A DNA stretch of 63,904 bases, filler included, from Octopus bimaculoides (lineage: Eukaryota), in assembly GCF_001194135.2 (NCBI RefSeq). It is 5 parts of 5 records of this genome, joined end to end, with 100 filler letters (N's around TTAATTAATTAA, not from the genome) between each part and the next. Parts side by side here need not be neighbours in the genome. Positions count along the whole stretch, not along the records: positions 21,824 to 45,189 come from NC_069008.1; positions 45,290 to 59,634 come from NC_068996.1; 3 more parts are not named here. One strand, 5' to 3'. The notes below the pieces were generated by a model. The model saw only the letters and a program-made list of their open reading frames with translations, made no database searches and had not been told where the DNA came from. This document shows positions 37,904-50,345 of this stretch, one piece after another. The first letter of the stretch is position 1, and each line of letters opens with the position of its first letter. The position numbers were made by a program, and so were the translations under genes.

Positions 37904-38042
37904 CTGAAATTATAGAGGAACAACAGTGTAAGATGTAGAGGCTACTTAAAACATACAGATTTATTTCTGTTGAGATAATCTGTAGAAATAAACATATTTC
38001 GTTTGTCACTGTATTTATGACATCACTCATGCATTTGTACTG

Positions 38043-38600
38043 TTTTAGGGTTAGGGTTTTAGGTTTAGGGATAGGGTTTTAGGGCTGGGTTAGGATTGGG
38101 GTTTTCGGGTTACGGTTAAGGTTTTAGGGTTGGGGGTTAGGGTCAGAGTTGGGATTTTAGGGTTAGAGTTACGAAAAAATGAAGAAATTGGAGGGGGGGG
38201 GACAAAAATGTCTTTCCAAAAATAGCTGAAAAAGAGGAAAAAACAAACAAACTAAAAGCAGTAGAAATGCACGAACGATTGTGGTGATGCCATGAAGTAA
38301 ACATGCTTCAGATACACTCGTTTATTCATACAAACGTAACTGAGATGAAATATGTTATAAATAACAGCGACAAACGAAAAATATACCGCCGGAAGTTGTT
38401 GTTGACAAACAACAGCAGTAATTTTATTGAGCTGAATACACGTCATTGATTGGTTGAAATTACCGAAATACGACAACTTTAACACGAAATAACTTTGAAA
38501 ATATAAACTTTTCTTAACATCACTAAGAGTAAAAGATGTTTTATATGACACATTCTACCAGTGTCCGAAGTTTGAAAGTGTTAGTAACAAAAAATTAATT
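38043..38600. mobile_element. TIR-family arm with degenerate (TTAGGG)n tract
   Basis: Telomere-like repeats 38043-38170, then sequence homologous to 26352-26520 (gattggttgaaattac.gaaatac.acaactttaac...gatgttttatatgacacattc). Confidence 0.8.
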
Positions 38601-40010
38601 TCTCGATGTGCCATTCCAAGGGAAAAGATCCCCTAACCCTAAAAACAATTTTACAAAAATTTTTGGAAAGTTTTTTCAGAATCATAATCTCCGTATTTTT
38701 CCGCATNNNNNNNNNNNNNNNNNNNNNNNNNNNNNNNNNNNNNNNNNNNNNNNNNNNNNNNNNNNNNNNNNNNNNNNNNNNNNNNNNNNNNNNNNNNNNN
38801 NNNNNNNNNNNNNNNNNNNNNNNNNNNNNNNNNNNNNNNNNNNNNNNNNNNNNNNNNNNNNNNNNNNNNNNNNNNNNNNNNNNNNNNNNNNNNNNNNNNN
38901 NNNNNNNNNNNNNNNNNNNNNNNNNNNNNNNNNNNNNNNNNNNNNNNNNNNNNNNNNNNNNNNNNNNNNNNNNNNNNNNNNNNNNNNNNNNNNNNNNNNN
39001 NNNNNNNNNNNNNNNNNNNNNNNNNNNNNNNNNNNNNNNNNNNNNNNNNNNNNNNNNNNNNNNNNNNNNNNNNNNNNNNNNNNNNNNNNNNNNNNNNNNN
39101 NNNNNNNNNNNNNNNNNNNNNNNNNNNNNATCTTCCGGAATTTAAAGTTCAAAAGGTCAATGAAAATACAAACAAAAACCTTACGGAATTTACCGAATGA
39201 AGCGACAAATATGAGACCAAAATCGAAAGAGGCATACTCCGCACGCACAGGACTTGCTCCGAAAAACCACCGAGTGGGGGACACTTCTCAAAAATAACCT
39301 GCAATTGTTTCCTTCAAAATTCCTACATGCTCGAAATGTACATACATCAAGGTATATTTGTAGAAAATTTCACGAAAAAATATTCATTTTCCTGGAAGTT
39401 AAGAGGAATTTAAGTGGACTCTGTTGGAATTTCCGAAAATTGTCCCCCACCCCCTCCCAAAACACATTCACCGAAAATTCTTGTATATTCGGAATCTACA
39501 TAATAAATAATATATGCATAGAAAATTTCATTAAAAAATATTCGTTTTTCTGAAAGTTATGACCTTCCAAAGTCGGTGGGGTACAACTCTGTATGCCAAA
39601 AAGTATTAGTTTCTGGACATTTTAGTGGTTGGAGAGAATTTGAGAATATTTCCCGAACTTAGAGAAAAAAAAAATAACTTGGCAAGGTACCTCCCGTAGC
39701 TAGAAATAGCAACCAAATTCTCCATAATCTCCATTCAATTGTACTTTTTTTTTATAACTAATTCCTACATGATCCTTCTCTACATAATTTGAAAGCAGTC
39801 CTGAGAAAATCAGGGACATTTTTCACCCATAGCTAGAAATAGCAGCCCAATCAAGGATACCTCTCATCCTTAGCTAGAAATAACAGCCAAATGTCGCACG
39901 AATCATAGACNNNNNNNNNNNNNNNNNNNNNNNNNNNNNNNNNNNNNNNNNNNNNNNNNNNNNNNNNNNNNNNNNNNNNNNNNNNNNNNNNNNNNNNNNN
40001 NNNNNNNNNN

Positions 40011-40094
40011 GAGAGTTGCAACCGGTTCCAGTCTGATTTGGCATGGTTACTACAGCTGGATGCTCTTCCTAACGCCTCAAACTCTACAGTGGAT
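40011..40094 (-). mobile_element. RTE-type tail fragment between N gaps
   Basis: gtctgatttggcatggttactacagctggatgctcttcctaacgcc matches 24010-24060 and 24600-24650. Confidence 0.7.
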
Positions 40095-41031
40095 CTATTG
40101 ACCAAATGTTTGTGTATCTTATAGAGAACAGCCGTATGTTTGCTATAAACGATCATAATTTGTTNNNNNNNNNNNNNNNNNNNNNNNNNNNNNNNNNNNN
40201 NNNNNNNNNNNNNNNNNNNNNNNNNNNNNNNNNNNNNNNNNNNNNNNNNNNNNNNNNNNNNNNNNNNNNNNNNNTCTTTATATCTACAGGATCTGACAGT
40301 TTCTGATAAAGCCAAACATATTCCTCTCCCTAAACATTTGGGAGACAAAAAAAACCAGTGGAGATTAAATATTTGGTTATAACTGAAAATAATCTGATTG
40401 CAGGATGGGACGAGGAGAATAAAAACATGAAGATATTCACATTGGATCGTCAAGTTTAGGATTCTNNNNNNNNNNNNNNNNNNNNNNNNNNNNNNNNNNN
40501 NNNNNNNNNNNNNNNNNNNNNNNNNNNNNNNNNNNNNNNNNNNNNNNNNNNNNNNNNNNNNNNNNNNNNNNNNNNNNNNNNNNNNNNNNNNNNNNNNNNN
40601 NNNNNNNNNNNNNNNNNNNNNNNNNNNNNNNNNNNNNNNNNNNNNNNNNNNNNNNNNNNNNNNNNNNNNNNNNNNNNNNNNNNNNNNNNNNNNNNNNNNN
40701 NNNNNNNNNNNNNNNNNNNNNNNNNNNNNNNNNNNNNNNNNNNNNNNNNNNNNNNNNNNNNNNNNNNNNNNNNNNNNNNNNNNNNNNNNNNNNNNNNNNN
40801 NNNNNNNNNNNNNNNNNNNNNNNNNNNNNNNNNNNNNNNNNNNNNNNNNNNNNNNNNNNNNNNNNNNNNNNNNNNNNNNNNNNNNNNNNNNNNNNNNNNN
40901 NNNNNNNNNNNNNNNNNNNNNNNNNNNNNNNNNNNNNNNNNNNNNNNNNNNNNNNNNNNNNNNNNNNNNNNNNNNNNNNNNNNNNNNNNNNNNNNNNNNN
41001 NNNNNNNNNNNTTTTTTTTACACATTACAGC

Positions 41032-43085
41032 AGTAAGTGACTTTCTTTTTTTCCTTTCTTTTTCTGGTTCATAGGATTATGCTCTAGGTGGCTCCATCAT
41101 TCACACGTGCCATCCTTGCTACATTCCCCCATCTTTTATTGAAACATTNNNNNNNNNNCAAGACTTCCCTCTCTACTCTCACCTTCCTTTTCAAGTGATA
41201 CTTGAAGAGGTTGATGAGAGAGGAAAGTGTTTGTCTCTAGGCCTTTCAGACGCGTCAACCATACACATTCTTTCACTATAGCCACAAGTACAATAAAAAT
41301 GGNNNNNNNNNNNNNNNNNNNNNNNNNNNNNNNNNNNNNNNNNNNNNNNNNNNNNNNNNNNNNNNNNNNNNNNNNNNNNNNNNNNCCTACACGTGTTAGC
41401 AGTTATGCGACATAGGCCCACAGGTTGGAAATGGTCGAGCACTGCACGAGTGCATGCAGAACAGTTTCGTCGCTCTGACCCCATCTCAGGCAGGTCAGCC
41501 CAGTGTTTCTCAAGCCATGCCTGTAGAGCTTGTCCCAAACGGGTGGTGCTCCTCGGTAGTACTGCCAGGCCAGGGATCTCTAGAAGCTGTCCATGAGTCC
41601 CGGCCCGAAAGTCATCTGGAGCTGGCGGGTCAGGTAGTCCTCATCGACGCCCAGGTTTGCTCCGAGATTGTTGTCGTACATCCCCTCCACTAATTCACAA
41701 TAAAATGCATTTGTGTGATGCAGTCACTCAAGGTTGACATAGTTGCTTGACAGCAACGCGACACTCACGGTGCCATTCGCCCTTCCTTGGCTTCTTTTTG
41801 ATCCATGGCTGCCATTCGGTCATGGGAACAAGCTGCGGGAAAGTGTGACTCACAAATGGCNNNNNNNNNNNNNNNNNNNNNNNNNNNNNNNNNNNNNNNN
41901 NNNNNNNNNNNNNNNNNNNNNNNNNNNNNNNNNNNNNNNNNNNNNNNNNNNNNNNNNNNNNNNNNNNNNNNNNNNNNNNNNNNNNNNNNNNNNNNNNNNN
42001 NNNNNNNNNNNNNNNNNNNNNNNNNNNNNNNNNNNNNNNNNNNNNNNNNNNNNNNNNNNNNNNNNNNNNNNNNNNNNNNNNNNNNNNNNNNNNNNNNNNN
42101 NNNNNNNNNNNNNNNNNNNNNNNNNNNNNNNNNNNNNNNNNNNNNNNNNNNNNNNNNNNNNNNNNNNNNNNNNNNNNNNNNNNNNNNNNNNNNNNNNNNN
42201 NNNNNNNNNNNNNNNNNNNNNNNNNNNNNNNNNNNNNNNNNNNNNNNNNNNNNNNNNNNNNNNNNNNNNNNNNNNNNNNNNNNNNNNNNNNNNNNNNNNN
42301 NNNNNNNNNNNNNNNNNNNNNNNNNNNNNNNNNNNNNNNNNNNNNNNNNNNNNNNNNNNNNNNNNNNNNNNNNNNNNNNNNNNNNNNNNNNNNNNNNNNN
42401 NNNNNNNNNNNNNNNNNNNNNNNNNNNNNNNNNNNNNNNNNNNNNNNNNNNNNNNNNNNNNNNNNNNNNNNNNNNNNNNNNNNNNNNNNNNNNNNNNNNN
42501 CTTCATAGTCTTTCAGTGTCTCGCCGACCAGCTCGATGTATTTGTAGCTAGACACTATGATGGTGACGTCGTCCGCATATGCGGGCACACTCGTCCCGCA
42601 TCTCAATTCTCACGGGATACCTCTCAACGTCGCCAGCTTCCGCAGTAGTGGCTCGAGGGTCAATACATACAGAAGCATCGAGAGGGGGCATCCCTGACGG
42701 ACCGAACGTGCGATGTTGAGAGGTCTCAATAGATGCCCATTCACACGAATTACTGTTGTATAGGACAGCGATCCAGCCACAGAAAATGGGACTGAAACCA
42801 GCCGCTATGAGGACAGCCTCCAAGTATCAATGGTCTACCCTATCAAAAGCTTTGGATTGATCCAAATTGATCAGTGCTCCACCCATGCCATGTTACTTAA
42901 CTACCCTGTCTATGATGTTGCGCATGAGGAGAAAGTTGTCAGAGATGCTCCAGCCCGGCATGGCGCTTGTTTGCATCTTGTCAACCAGTTTCTCAATGAC
43001 TCGCGCCAACCTCTTGGCTAACACCTTGGCCAAAATTTTCAAGCCTGCATTGAGCAGAGTGANNNNNNNNNNTGTTTGGATCTTT
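41032..43085 (-). mobile_element. Tx1/L1-clade LINE, 5'-truncated, with RT, C-terminal zinc-binding region, 3' UTR and poly(A)
   Basis: KDPN, TLLNAGLKILAKVLAKRL, PAYADDVT, SLAWQYYRG...DETVLHALVQC, VKECVWLTR; A-run at the 41032 end next to a gap. Confidence 0.92.
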
Positions 43086-44919
43086 AGATAGGTAGATAGA
43101 GCGAGATATGAATAAACAGACAGGGATAAGTAGACAGACAGACAAATAAATAAAGAGAAGAAAAAGTTCAAAAAAATTGAAGGCGGGGGTGAAATTTGAG
43201 CCCCTTNNNNNNNNNNAAGAAAAAGTTCAAAAAAATTGAAGGCGGGGGTGAAATTTGAGCCCCTTGTTAAACTTTATAGCATTAATTATTGGTGTGTATT
43301 TAATTTACATTTAATTATTATTTACGATTATTTAAGGCAAACACAANNNNNNNNNNTTTACATTTAATTATTATTTACGATTATTTAAGGCAAACACAAG
43401 TAAAACCTAAATTCTTTTCACTTTAATATTTTTGTCCATATTTAATTTTGATTTGCATATGTTCATCAATTCGCTTCAATCAAAACAAAATCAAAATTCT
43501 AAATTGGCGGGGAGGGATTAAAANNNNNNNNNNNNNNNNNNNNNNNNNNNNNNNNNNNNNNNNNNNNNNNNNNNNNNNNNNNNNNNNNNNNNNNNNNNNN
43601 NNNNNNNNNNNNNNNNNNNNNNNNNNNNNNNNNNNNNNNNNNNNNNNNNNNNNNNNNNNNNNNNNNNNNNNNNNNNNNNNNNNNNNNNCCAAGAGTTACT
43701 TGAAGATGAAATGGTTGTTCTTCTACCGGGAGCTCGAAGACTGGAATAGTATAGCCCTTTTCCTTTAAGCTAAGACAATTATATATAAAAACAGTCGTTT
43801 TTTTTCTGCTATTCTGGTGATGATTTTTTGAGTTAGCTTACCAATTATNNNNNNNNNNNNNNNNNNNNNNNNNNNNNNNNNNNNNNNNNNNNNNNNNNNN
43901 NNNNNNNNNNNNNNNNNNNNNNNNNNNNNNNNNNNNNNNNNNNNNNNNNNNNNNNNNNNNNNNNNNNNNNNNNNNNNNNNNNNNNNNNNNNNNNNNNNNN
44001 NNNNNNNNNNNNNNNNNNNNNNNNNNNNNNNNNNNNNNNNNNNNNNNNNNNNNNNNNNNNNNNNNNNNNNNNNNNNNNNNNNNNNNNNNNNNNNNNNNNN
44101 NNNNNNNNNNNNNNNNNNNNNNNNNNNNNNNNNNNNNNNNNNNNNNNNNNNNNNNNNNNNNNNNNNNNNNNNNNNNNNNNNNNNNNNNNNNNNNNNNNNN
44201 NNNNNNNNNNNNNNNNNNNNNNNNNNNNNNNNNNNNNNNNNNNNNNNNNNNNNNNNNNNNNNNNNNNNNNNNNNNNNNNNNNNNNNNNNNNNNNNNNNNN
44301 NNNNNNNNNNNNNNNNNNNNNNNNNNNNNNNNNNNNNNNNNNNNNNNNNNNNNNNNNNNNNNNNNNNNNNNNNNNNNNNNNNNNNNNNNNNNNNNNNNNN
44401 NNNNNNNNNNNNNNCGGCCACGCTCAAAATGGTGCATCTCATGTGCCATATATATATATATATTCTTGGAAGTCTTCTGTAATTTTTTTTTCTTAATGAA
44501 AACCGTGCGCGTGTTAATATCAAAATTTACCAAATTTTTTCCAAAAAATGGCTTTGTCCAGGAGAGGTGCGATTCTGCATTAGCCCCCTATCTAATTATA
44601 TCGCCATCAAACAACATTTTCATTTCGTTACCGATTCCTCTTACCTTCTGTCACATGTTCTCTTATTTACAAATGTACCGGTGCTACCTCAATACGAGAT
44701 CTACAGCACTATCGGTAGTGTATGCTGTGAAATGACCTCACCTGCTTTTCTCACCTTCCATCCTATGAATTTATTACTGGGATTAGGGTAATAGTGAGCT
44801 TTTCCCAGNNNNNNNNNNNNNNNNNNNNNNNNNNNNNNNNNNNNNNNNNNNNNNNNNNNNNNNNNNNNNNNNNNNNNNNNNNNNNNNNNNNNNNNNNNNN
44901 NNNNNNNNNNNNNNNNNNN

Positions 44920-45156
44920 GCGCGTCCGCGCTAGCTAGTCGTGAGTGGTCGATCCTACAAAAAGTGCGCACGCGCCTGCAAATGAATACGTATTTAGGGT
45001 TAGGGTTAGAGTGCGCTAGCTANNNNNNNNNNNNNNNNNNNNNNNNNNNNNNNNNNNNNNNNNNNNNNNNNNNNNNNNNNNNNNTCATTTGCACACACGC
45101 TCGCACGCGCACTTTTTGTAGGATCGACCACTCAAGACCAGCTAGCGCGGACGCGC
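44920..45156. mobile_element. CpG-rich inverted-repeat element with internal TTAGGG repeats
   Basis: gcgcgtccgcgctagct.gtc.tgagtggtcgatcctacaaaaagtgcgc...tgcaaatga occurs at 44920-44985 and inverted at 45085-45156. Confidence 0.75.
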
Positions 45157-45189
45157 AACTGCGAGTTCGGGACCGTGCTGCTTTAGTAG

Positions 45190-45289
45190 NNNNNNNNNNN
45201 NNNNNNNNNNNNNNNNNNNNNNNNNNNNNNNNNTTAATTAATTAANNNNNNNNNNNNNNNNNNNNNNNNNNNNNNNNNNNNNNNNNNNN
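45190..45289. other. Artificial contig-join linker
   Basis: N44-TTAATTAATTAA-N44. Confidence 0.95.
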
Positions 45290-45350
45290 ATATATTCTAT
45301 TCCTCTGTATGTTTCAGCCCTAAGGCTGTGACTATGCTGGGTATATATAT

Positions 45351-45456
45351 CCTTTCGGGGTCGATAAATTAAGTACCAGTTGCGCACGAGGGTCGATCTA
45401 ATCGACTGGCCCCCTCCTCAAAAATTTCGAGCTTTGTTCCTAGAGTACAAAAGAAT
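45351..45456 (+). mobile_element. SINE family A, 3' half
   Basis: cctttcggggtcgataaattaagtaccagttgcgcac...gtcgatctaatcgactggcccc. Confidence 0.85.
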
Positions 45457-45713
45457 TCTGTTACCTGTTCGCAGGCTTTGTTGATTCATCCGTTATTGAT
45501 CTCCCGTAAGGGAAACGTTGTTGAAAGTATTTTTGGGAAAAGAACGCAGTTGAATTGTTATCCTCCCATAAGCGGAAAGGATTTTTGAATTGTGTGTGTA
45601 TTTTTTGCTCCTGTGTAGGAAATTTTCGCTCCTGTGGTGAAACATTTGTTTTAAAAAAAGTGTCTTCGATAGAAGCAACATGTATATATATTGCCTCTGT
45701 TGTGGGAGGACAA

Positions 45714-46437
45714 CATGAAATAATATCACTAGAAAAAGCAGAAATTCAGTCATTCTTCGAAATAATAACCGAAGAAGACGGGGAAAGGAAAATTGCTCCA
45801 CCAAGAGAAATTATAAACAAAAAAAAAAGAAAGGACCATAATGTATAAGACTTACGACTTAATTAATAAAAAGTTGGAGCGCTTCGAAGAAAGTACTATT
45901 GAAAAATGCCTCGGACCAGTAATAAAGTAAATCAAGTATGTAGCCCGTGGCACCAAGTACGCAACAGTGGAGGCAAGGTTCGAGCCAGCAGAGAAGGCTC
46001 GTGAGTACTCGACCCGAACCTTGCAAAATGAACAAATAGCACTGCTGCCATTATATCTGTGACACAGAACTTCCCGGATCAGGATTAAGAATATACTACC
46101 AGAAGTAGAGGTCGCATGGATTGTGGCCATGTTGTTATTTCAAAGGGAAGATAAGATAAACGTTATCCAGATTTCCAGAGATGCTCCACAGAACTGGAAG
46201 GGGAAGACTTTGGAAATACTGGCACAGGCCACTTCCAGTGACCTCGAAAACCACCCTGAAAAAATCTGCATTGAGGAGGAGACAGTGCTATCTGTAAATG
46301 CTGAGGGAAGGAAGCCTCGGTGCTTCAAGTGCAGACAAAAGGGACATCTGAGGTCCAAGTGCTCGCCTCCCCAGGAAGAGACCGAGGGGAAAAAGACACC
46401 TAAAGATGGAAAAAAATTACAATTTAGCGACATGTAG
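45714..46437 (+). pseudogene. L1/Tx1 ORF1 (Gag-like, CCHC knuckle), with stops and frameshifts
   Basis: TIMYKTYDLINKKLERFEESTIEKCLG...RIRIKNILPEV...AEGRKPRCFKCRQKGHLRSKC (C-x2-C-x4-H-x4-C). Confidence 0.8.
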
Positions 46438-46457
46438 GATGCATATAGATAAAGTAA

Positions 46458-47570
46458 ATGGAGAAAAAATGGAGCGAGGTCACAAACAAGGTGACTGCCC
46501 TAACCCAGACCTGGTCTGGGAGGACGTTATCCTTGCTAGGGAAGGCAGAGGTGACAGGTGTTTATAACATCTGTAATAACCTACCGCCTAACCATCGTGC
46601 CTTGCTCCAAGTTGTGACTGAACAAGTTGGAATGGCTCCTATTCCAGTTTGTGTGAAAGGGGAAACCACCACTTGTGAGACGCTCCATCTACCGTCAAAA
46701 CCCGTTAAAGTGTGGGTTAGGGATGCCGTGGCTGATGATGCGCAAATTTGCGCTGAAGCTGGGGCATCTCTGGCTCTACCTGGAGGATGAACAGGTGTGG
46801 TCACCACACGTTAAGTTCCTATTTCCGCAATTAACGCCCTTGCAGGATTTAGGCCCATGGGTCAGGCGTAGCCCTGGAATTGGTGAATGGCAGGAGTGCA
46901 GACAGGTACTCTCCCGGGCGAGTAATACCGACAATGGGGCTACCACTGCTGATTTTTATAGCCAGTTGGTAGAGCACAATTCTGACAACATCCTTGAGGA
47001 GGCTCTAGGCTTCGACAGAGACCAGTTAATCAACCTGTTCGGAAGGACATTCGGGCCGGTGTGTCTGAATAACTTCCAGAGATCCCTGGCTTGGTTGTAC
47101 TACCGATCGGCTTTACCGGTTCGAGAGAGGCTGTCAAGGCACGGGTTTGTCGTCCCCCTCACATGCCCGAGGTGCAGGCGAGACAGTGAAACTGTCACGC
47201 ACGCCTTCGTACAATATGTAGAATTGATGGGGCTGAAATTTTATGTCGAACAGCTAATGTCGGAGACAGAAAGAGTACGGCCATCATCTGAGTTCATCAT
47301 CAAGATTGTACCGCCTTCCTCCTTTAACAAGGAAAGAGATGCGCCTTTTGTCTATGCAGTAGCCATACTGAAAGATACAGTATGGACGACACGTGGAGGA
47401 GGAATTGAGACAGGCAACTTTATCTCTGGACGTGGGTTGGTTAGTTATTTCAACTACTACCTGCTAAGTAAGATCTGTCTAGAGAGAAAGTGCCTTCTCA
47501 AAGAGTATTTACCAAAAGGTGGATGCCTGTAGTAAGGATGCTGCGAACAAATGGGACCGAGCTAGTGTAG
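46458..47570 (+). pseudogene. L1/Tx1 ORF2 C-terminal third only (endonuclease and RT absent)
   Basis: WSEVTNKVTALTQTWSGRTLSLLGKAEV...FQRSLAWLYYRSALPVRERL..CPRCRRDSETVTHAF; homologous to the 3' parts of the copies at 41032 and 62797. Confidence 0.85.
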
Positions 47571-47865
47571 CCTGCCAAAAGCGAATAGAAAGAAAACAAA
47601 AACGAAAAACAAAATTATTGGGGAAAAAAAGAAACCGGCGGGTTAAATAAAACCCCAAAAGTCTATTTTTCATACATAACTATAACTATTTATGATTATT
47701 TAATTTTTAACTCAATTCGATTTCATGATCGGATTTCAATATATCATTATAAAATTATTTAAAAGTATCTGATTGTAACATCAACTATATGTTGTAAATG
47801 TCTTTGTTCATCCCTTCTATGTATACCTTTATAGTTAATAAAGAAACATGTTACAATCATCTGAA

Positions 47866-48247
47866 ATGGAACTGTCAAAGCGCGAAATTCGAGCAATTTT
47901 GCTATTTAATTTTTAAAAGGGACGTAAAGGAACTGAAACGATTTCGCAGTGGAGACCTGAGACTTGAAGATTGCGTGCATAGTAGACCCCTATCTGTCAT
48001 CGATGACTGTCAGTTACAGACTGTCGTTGTGAAAGATTCACGTAAAACCACACGAGAACTGGTTAAAGAACTTCACATTAGCCAGAAAGCTGTCTGCAAC
48101 CATTTCAATGCGATCGGAAAATCAAAAAAGTTCGACAGATGGGTAGCACACGATTTGAATGGAAATCAGAAAATGCGCAGATATAAAATTTGCTTGTTGC
48201 TTCTCCGTAGCCAGACCGATCCATTTCTCGACTGTATTGCAACTTGC
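47866..48247 (+). mobile_element. Decayed mariner transposase (N-terminal HTH to just before the first catalytic Asp)
   Basis: MELSKREIRAILLF...RFRSGDLRLED..SRP...KTTRELVKEL...WVAHDL (WVPHEL motif)...PFLDCIATC. Confidence 0.88.
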
Positions 48248-50159
48248 ATGCATACACATTCATACATACATACATACATACATACATACATACATACATA
48301 CATACATACATACATACATGTATACGCGTGTGTGTGTGTGAGAGAGAGAGAAAGTCGGCGAGAGATGAAGTGGGACGGAGATAGAGCGGGAGGGAGAGGG
48401 AGAATGTGAGAAAGGCTGTGAGAGAGAGAGAAACTGACTGCTCTTCTGGCAGACTCACGTGAGGATTCCAAATCAAATCTCAAATTCTTAAACCGGCGAA
48501 TTCAACCGTTTCCTCGAAGTTGAGCGTAAAAATTTGTGGTGGCCAATTACAACTACGTACGGCATGACATGATGTATACAAACTCATGGTACACTACTAA
48601 AGCCAGGTAGATTGCTGTTCTGAGCTATTCAAACCTGTGGTACGTAAATATAACTAGGCGGAACTTAAACATCGAGCGGCGGGCAGTGATTTGAAGCATA
48701 CAAACTTGCAATACATAAGGAGAGCTAAGGAGAGTGTGACCTGAGGAGTTTGACTGCTGTTGAAAGACTACATAGACTGTATCTCATTATCTTTATTTCA
48801 AGATGACATTGTGTAATATAAAAGCAGTTTGGCTGCTATTTTGTTGTACAAATGACTTCATACAGACAACGTTTACTCTTTGTATGTAAAGTATTCAGAT
48901 GGTTATGCAGATATAGTAGAAAGTTTCACAGGTTGTTTACTTCTAGAGGATGATGTTTGGCGTGTTAACAAACATCAGTCCTGAAATGATGTTTATTTCA
49001 TATAAATATCTTATAAAACATTCGTTGTCAAGAACTCCTATAGCTTTTCGCCATGCGATGTGATCGGAAATTGTCTTCCTTGTTGTTAATAACAGCATTG
49101 ATGTCCTTCAAATGGGGCTTGGTGCAGTCGTTTGTGTAGCATATTCTGAAATATAGTCTAAGCATGAAGTCAACGTCAGAATGGTTTAAGATATTTAGAT
49201 GGTAGTTGAAAGTCCAAATGAGTCAATGCAAAGCTTTTACGTCACTCCATTTGCTTAAAGTAGCATTTAGCACTGTCAAATCACACGCAAGTTTCTTAAA
49301 AACAGAACACATTACATGATGTAGTCCTGGAACGTTTGATCCTACATTTTCTCAACCGGGGTCTGACCATTAAGTTAAACCATAATGTCATTAACTCCAA
49401 GAAACGTTGATACTTGATTTTATTCTGTTTTGTTGAAGCTTTCCATGTATTTACAGGTGCAATACGTGCGTACATGATCCCTGTCTTGTCAATAAGTGGT
49501 TCGTGCCTTTCGAAATGCATCCTCATCCAGTTGATCCAGAGTTGATCAAATCTCAGTCATTGCCCAAGTGGTTGTCTATTGATTTTACTGGTCAAGTATA
49601 TTTAATTATACCTAAACTTACTTCGAAAAAAAGAAGCCATAATGTAACATACTCTATCGTTATTGAACTTGCATGTACGAACGTGGCTTTATGAAATCAT
49701 GTACAAACATGTGTACTTTTAAAATTTTGGTCAGGAGGCAAGGCAGTAACTATTATTATTTATAAGACTTTTGAGAGTGGTGGGACGGGGTAGGAAGGTA
49801 TCATGAAATATGGGGCATGGGCCGAATGCTTGTAACACAGTGGGTTTCTCTTAAGTTACTATGGTGTTTTATTGAAACGATCAAAGAATTTTGTCTACCC
49901 CAAAAATGGGCCATGTCGGGATTCTAACTCAGAAACTAAAACGCCGGTACAAATAATGCGAAGTATCTGGCCAGACGTCGTTATAGTCTTGCAAGCCCGT
50001 CGTCTTGAATTTGTAGATAATTTTATCAAACTCCAAAGGGTGAAAGTCAAAGATGATCTCGGAGAGTTTTCAAATCGAAACGCAAAGGATCAGAATTAAT
50101 AGCACCTGCGATTCTCTTCAACACATTAATAACTCTGTCTATTCGCCTCTGTATATATA

Positions 50160-50345
50160 TATGTATGCATGTATGTATGTATGTATGTATGTATGTATGT
50201 ATGTATGTATGTATGTATGTATGTATGCATGAATGTAATGTATGTATGCATGTATGTTTGTATACATGGATGTATTATGTATGTATGTATGTATGTATGT
50301 ATGCATGTTTGTATGTATGCATGGATGTATTATGTTCGTATGCAT
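50160..50345. repeat. (TATG)n microsatellite
   Basis: Direct run. Confidence 0.95.

Noticed and set aside
43158-43400. Tandem duplications of 40-50 bp on either side of 10-N gaps (also 63008-63172)
   Set aside because: Identical sequence on both sides of a minimal gap is a typical scaffolding overlap artefact.
48960-49690. Moderately complex minus-strand segment with a 76-aa ORF
   Set aside because: No recognisable motif; possibly an old TE relic, but I cannot support a call.
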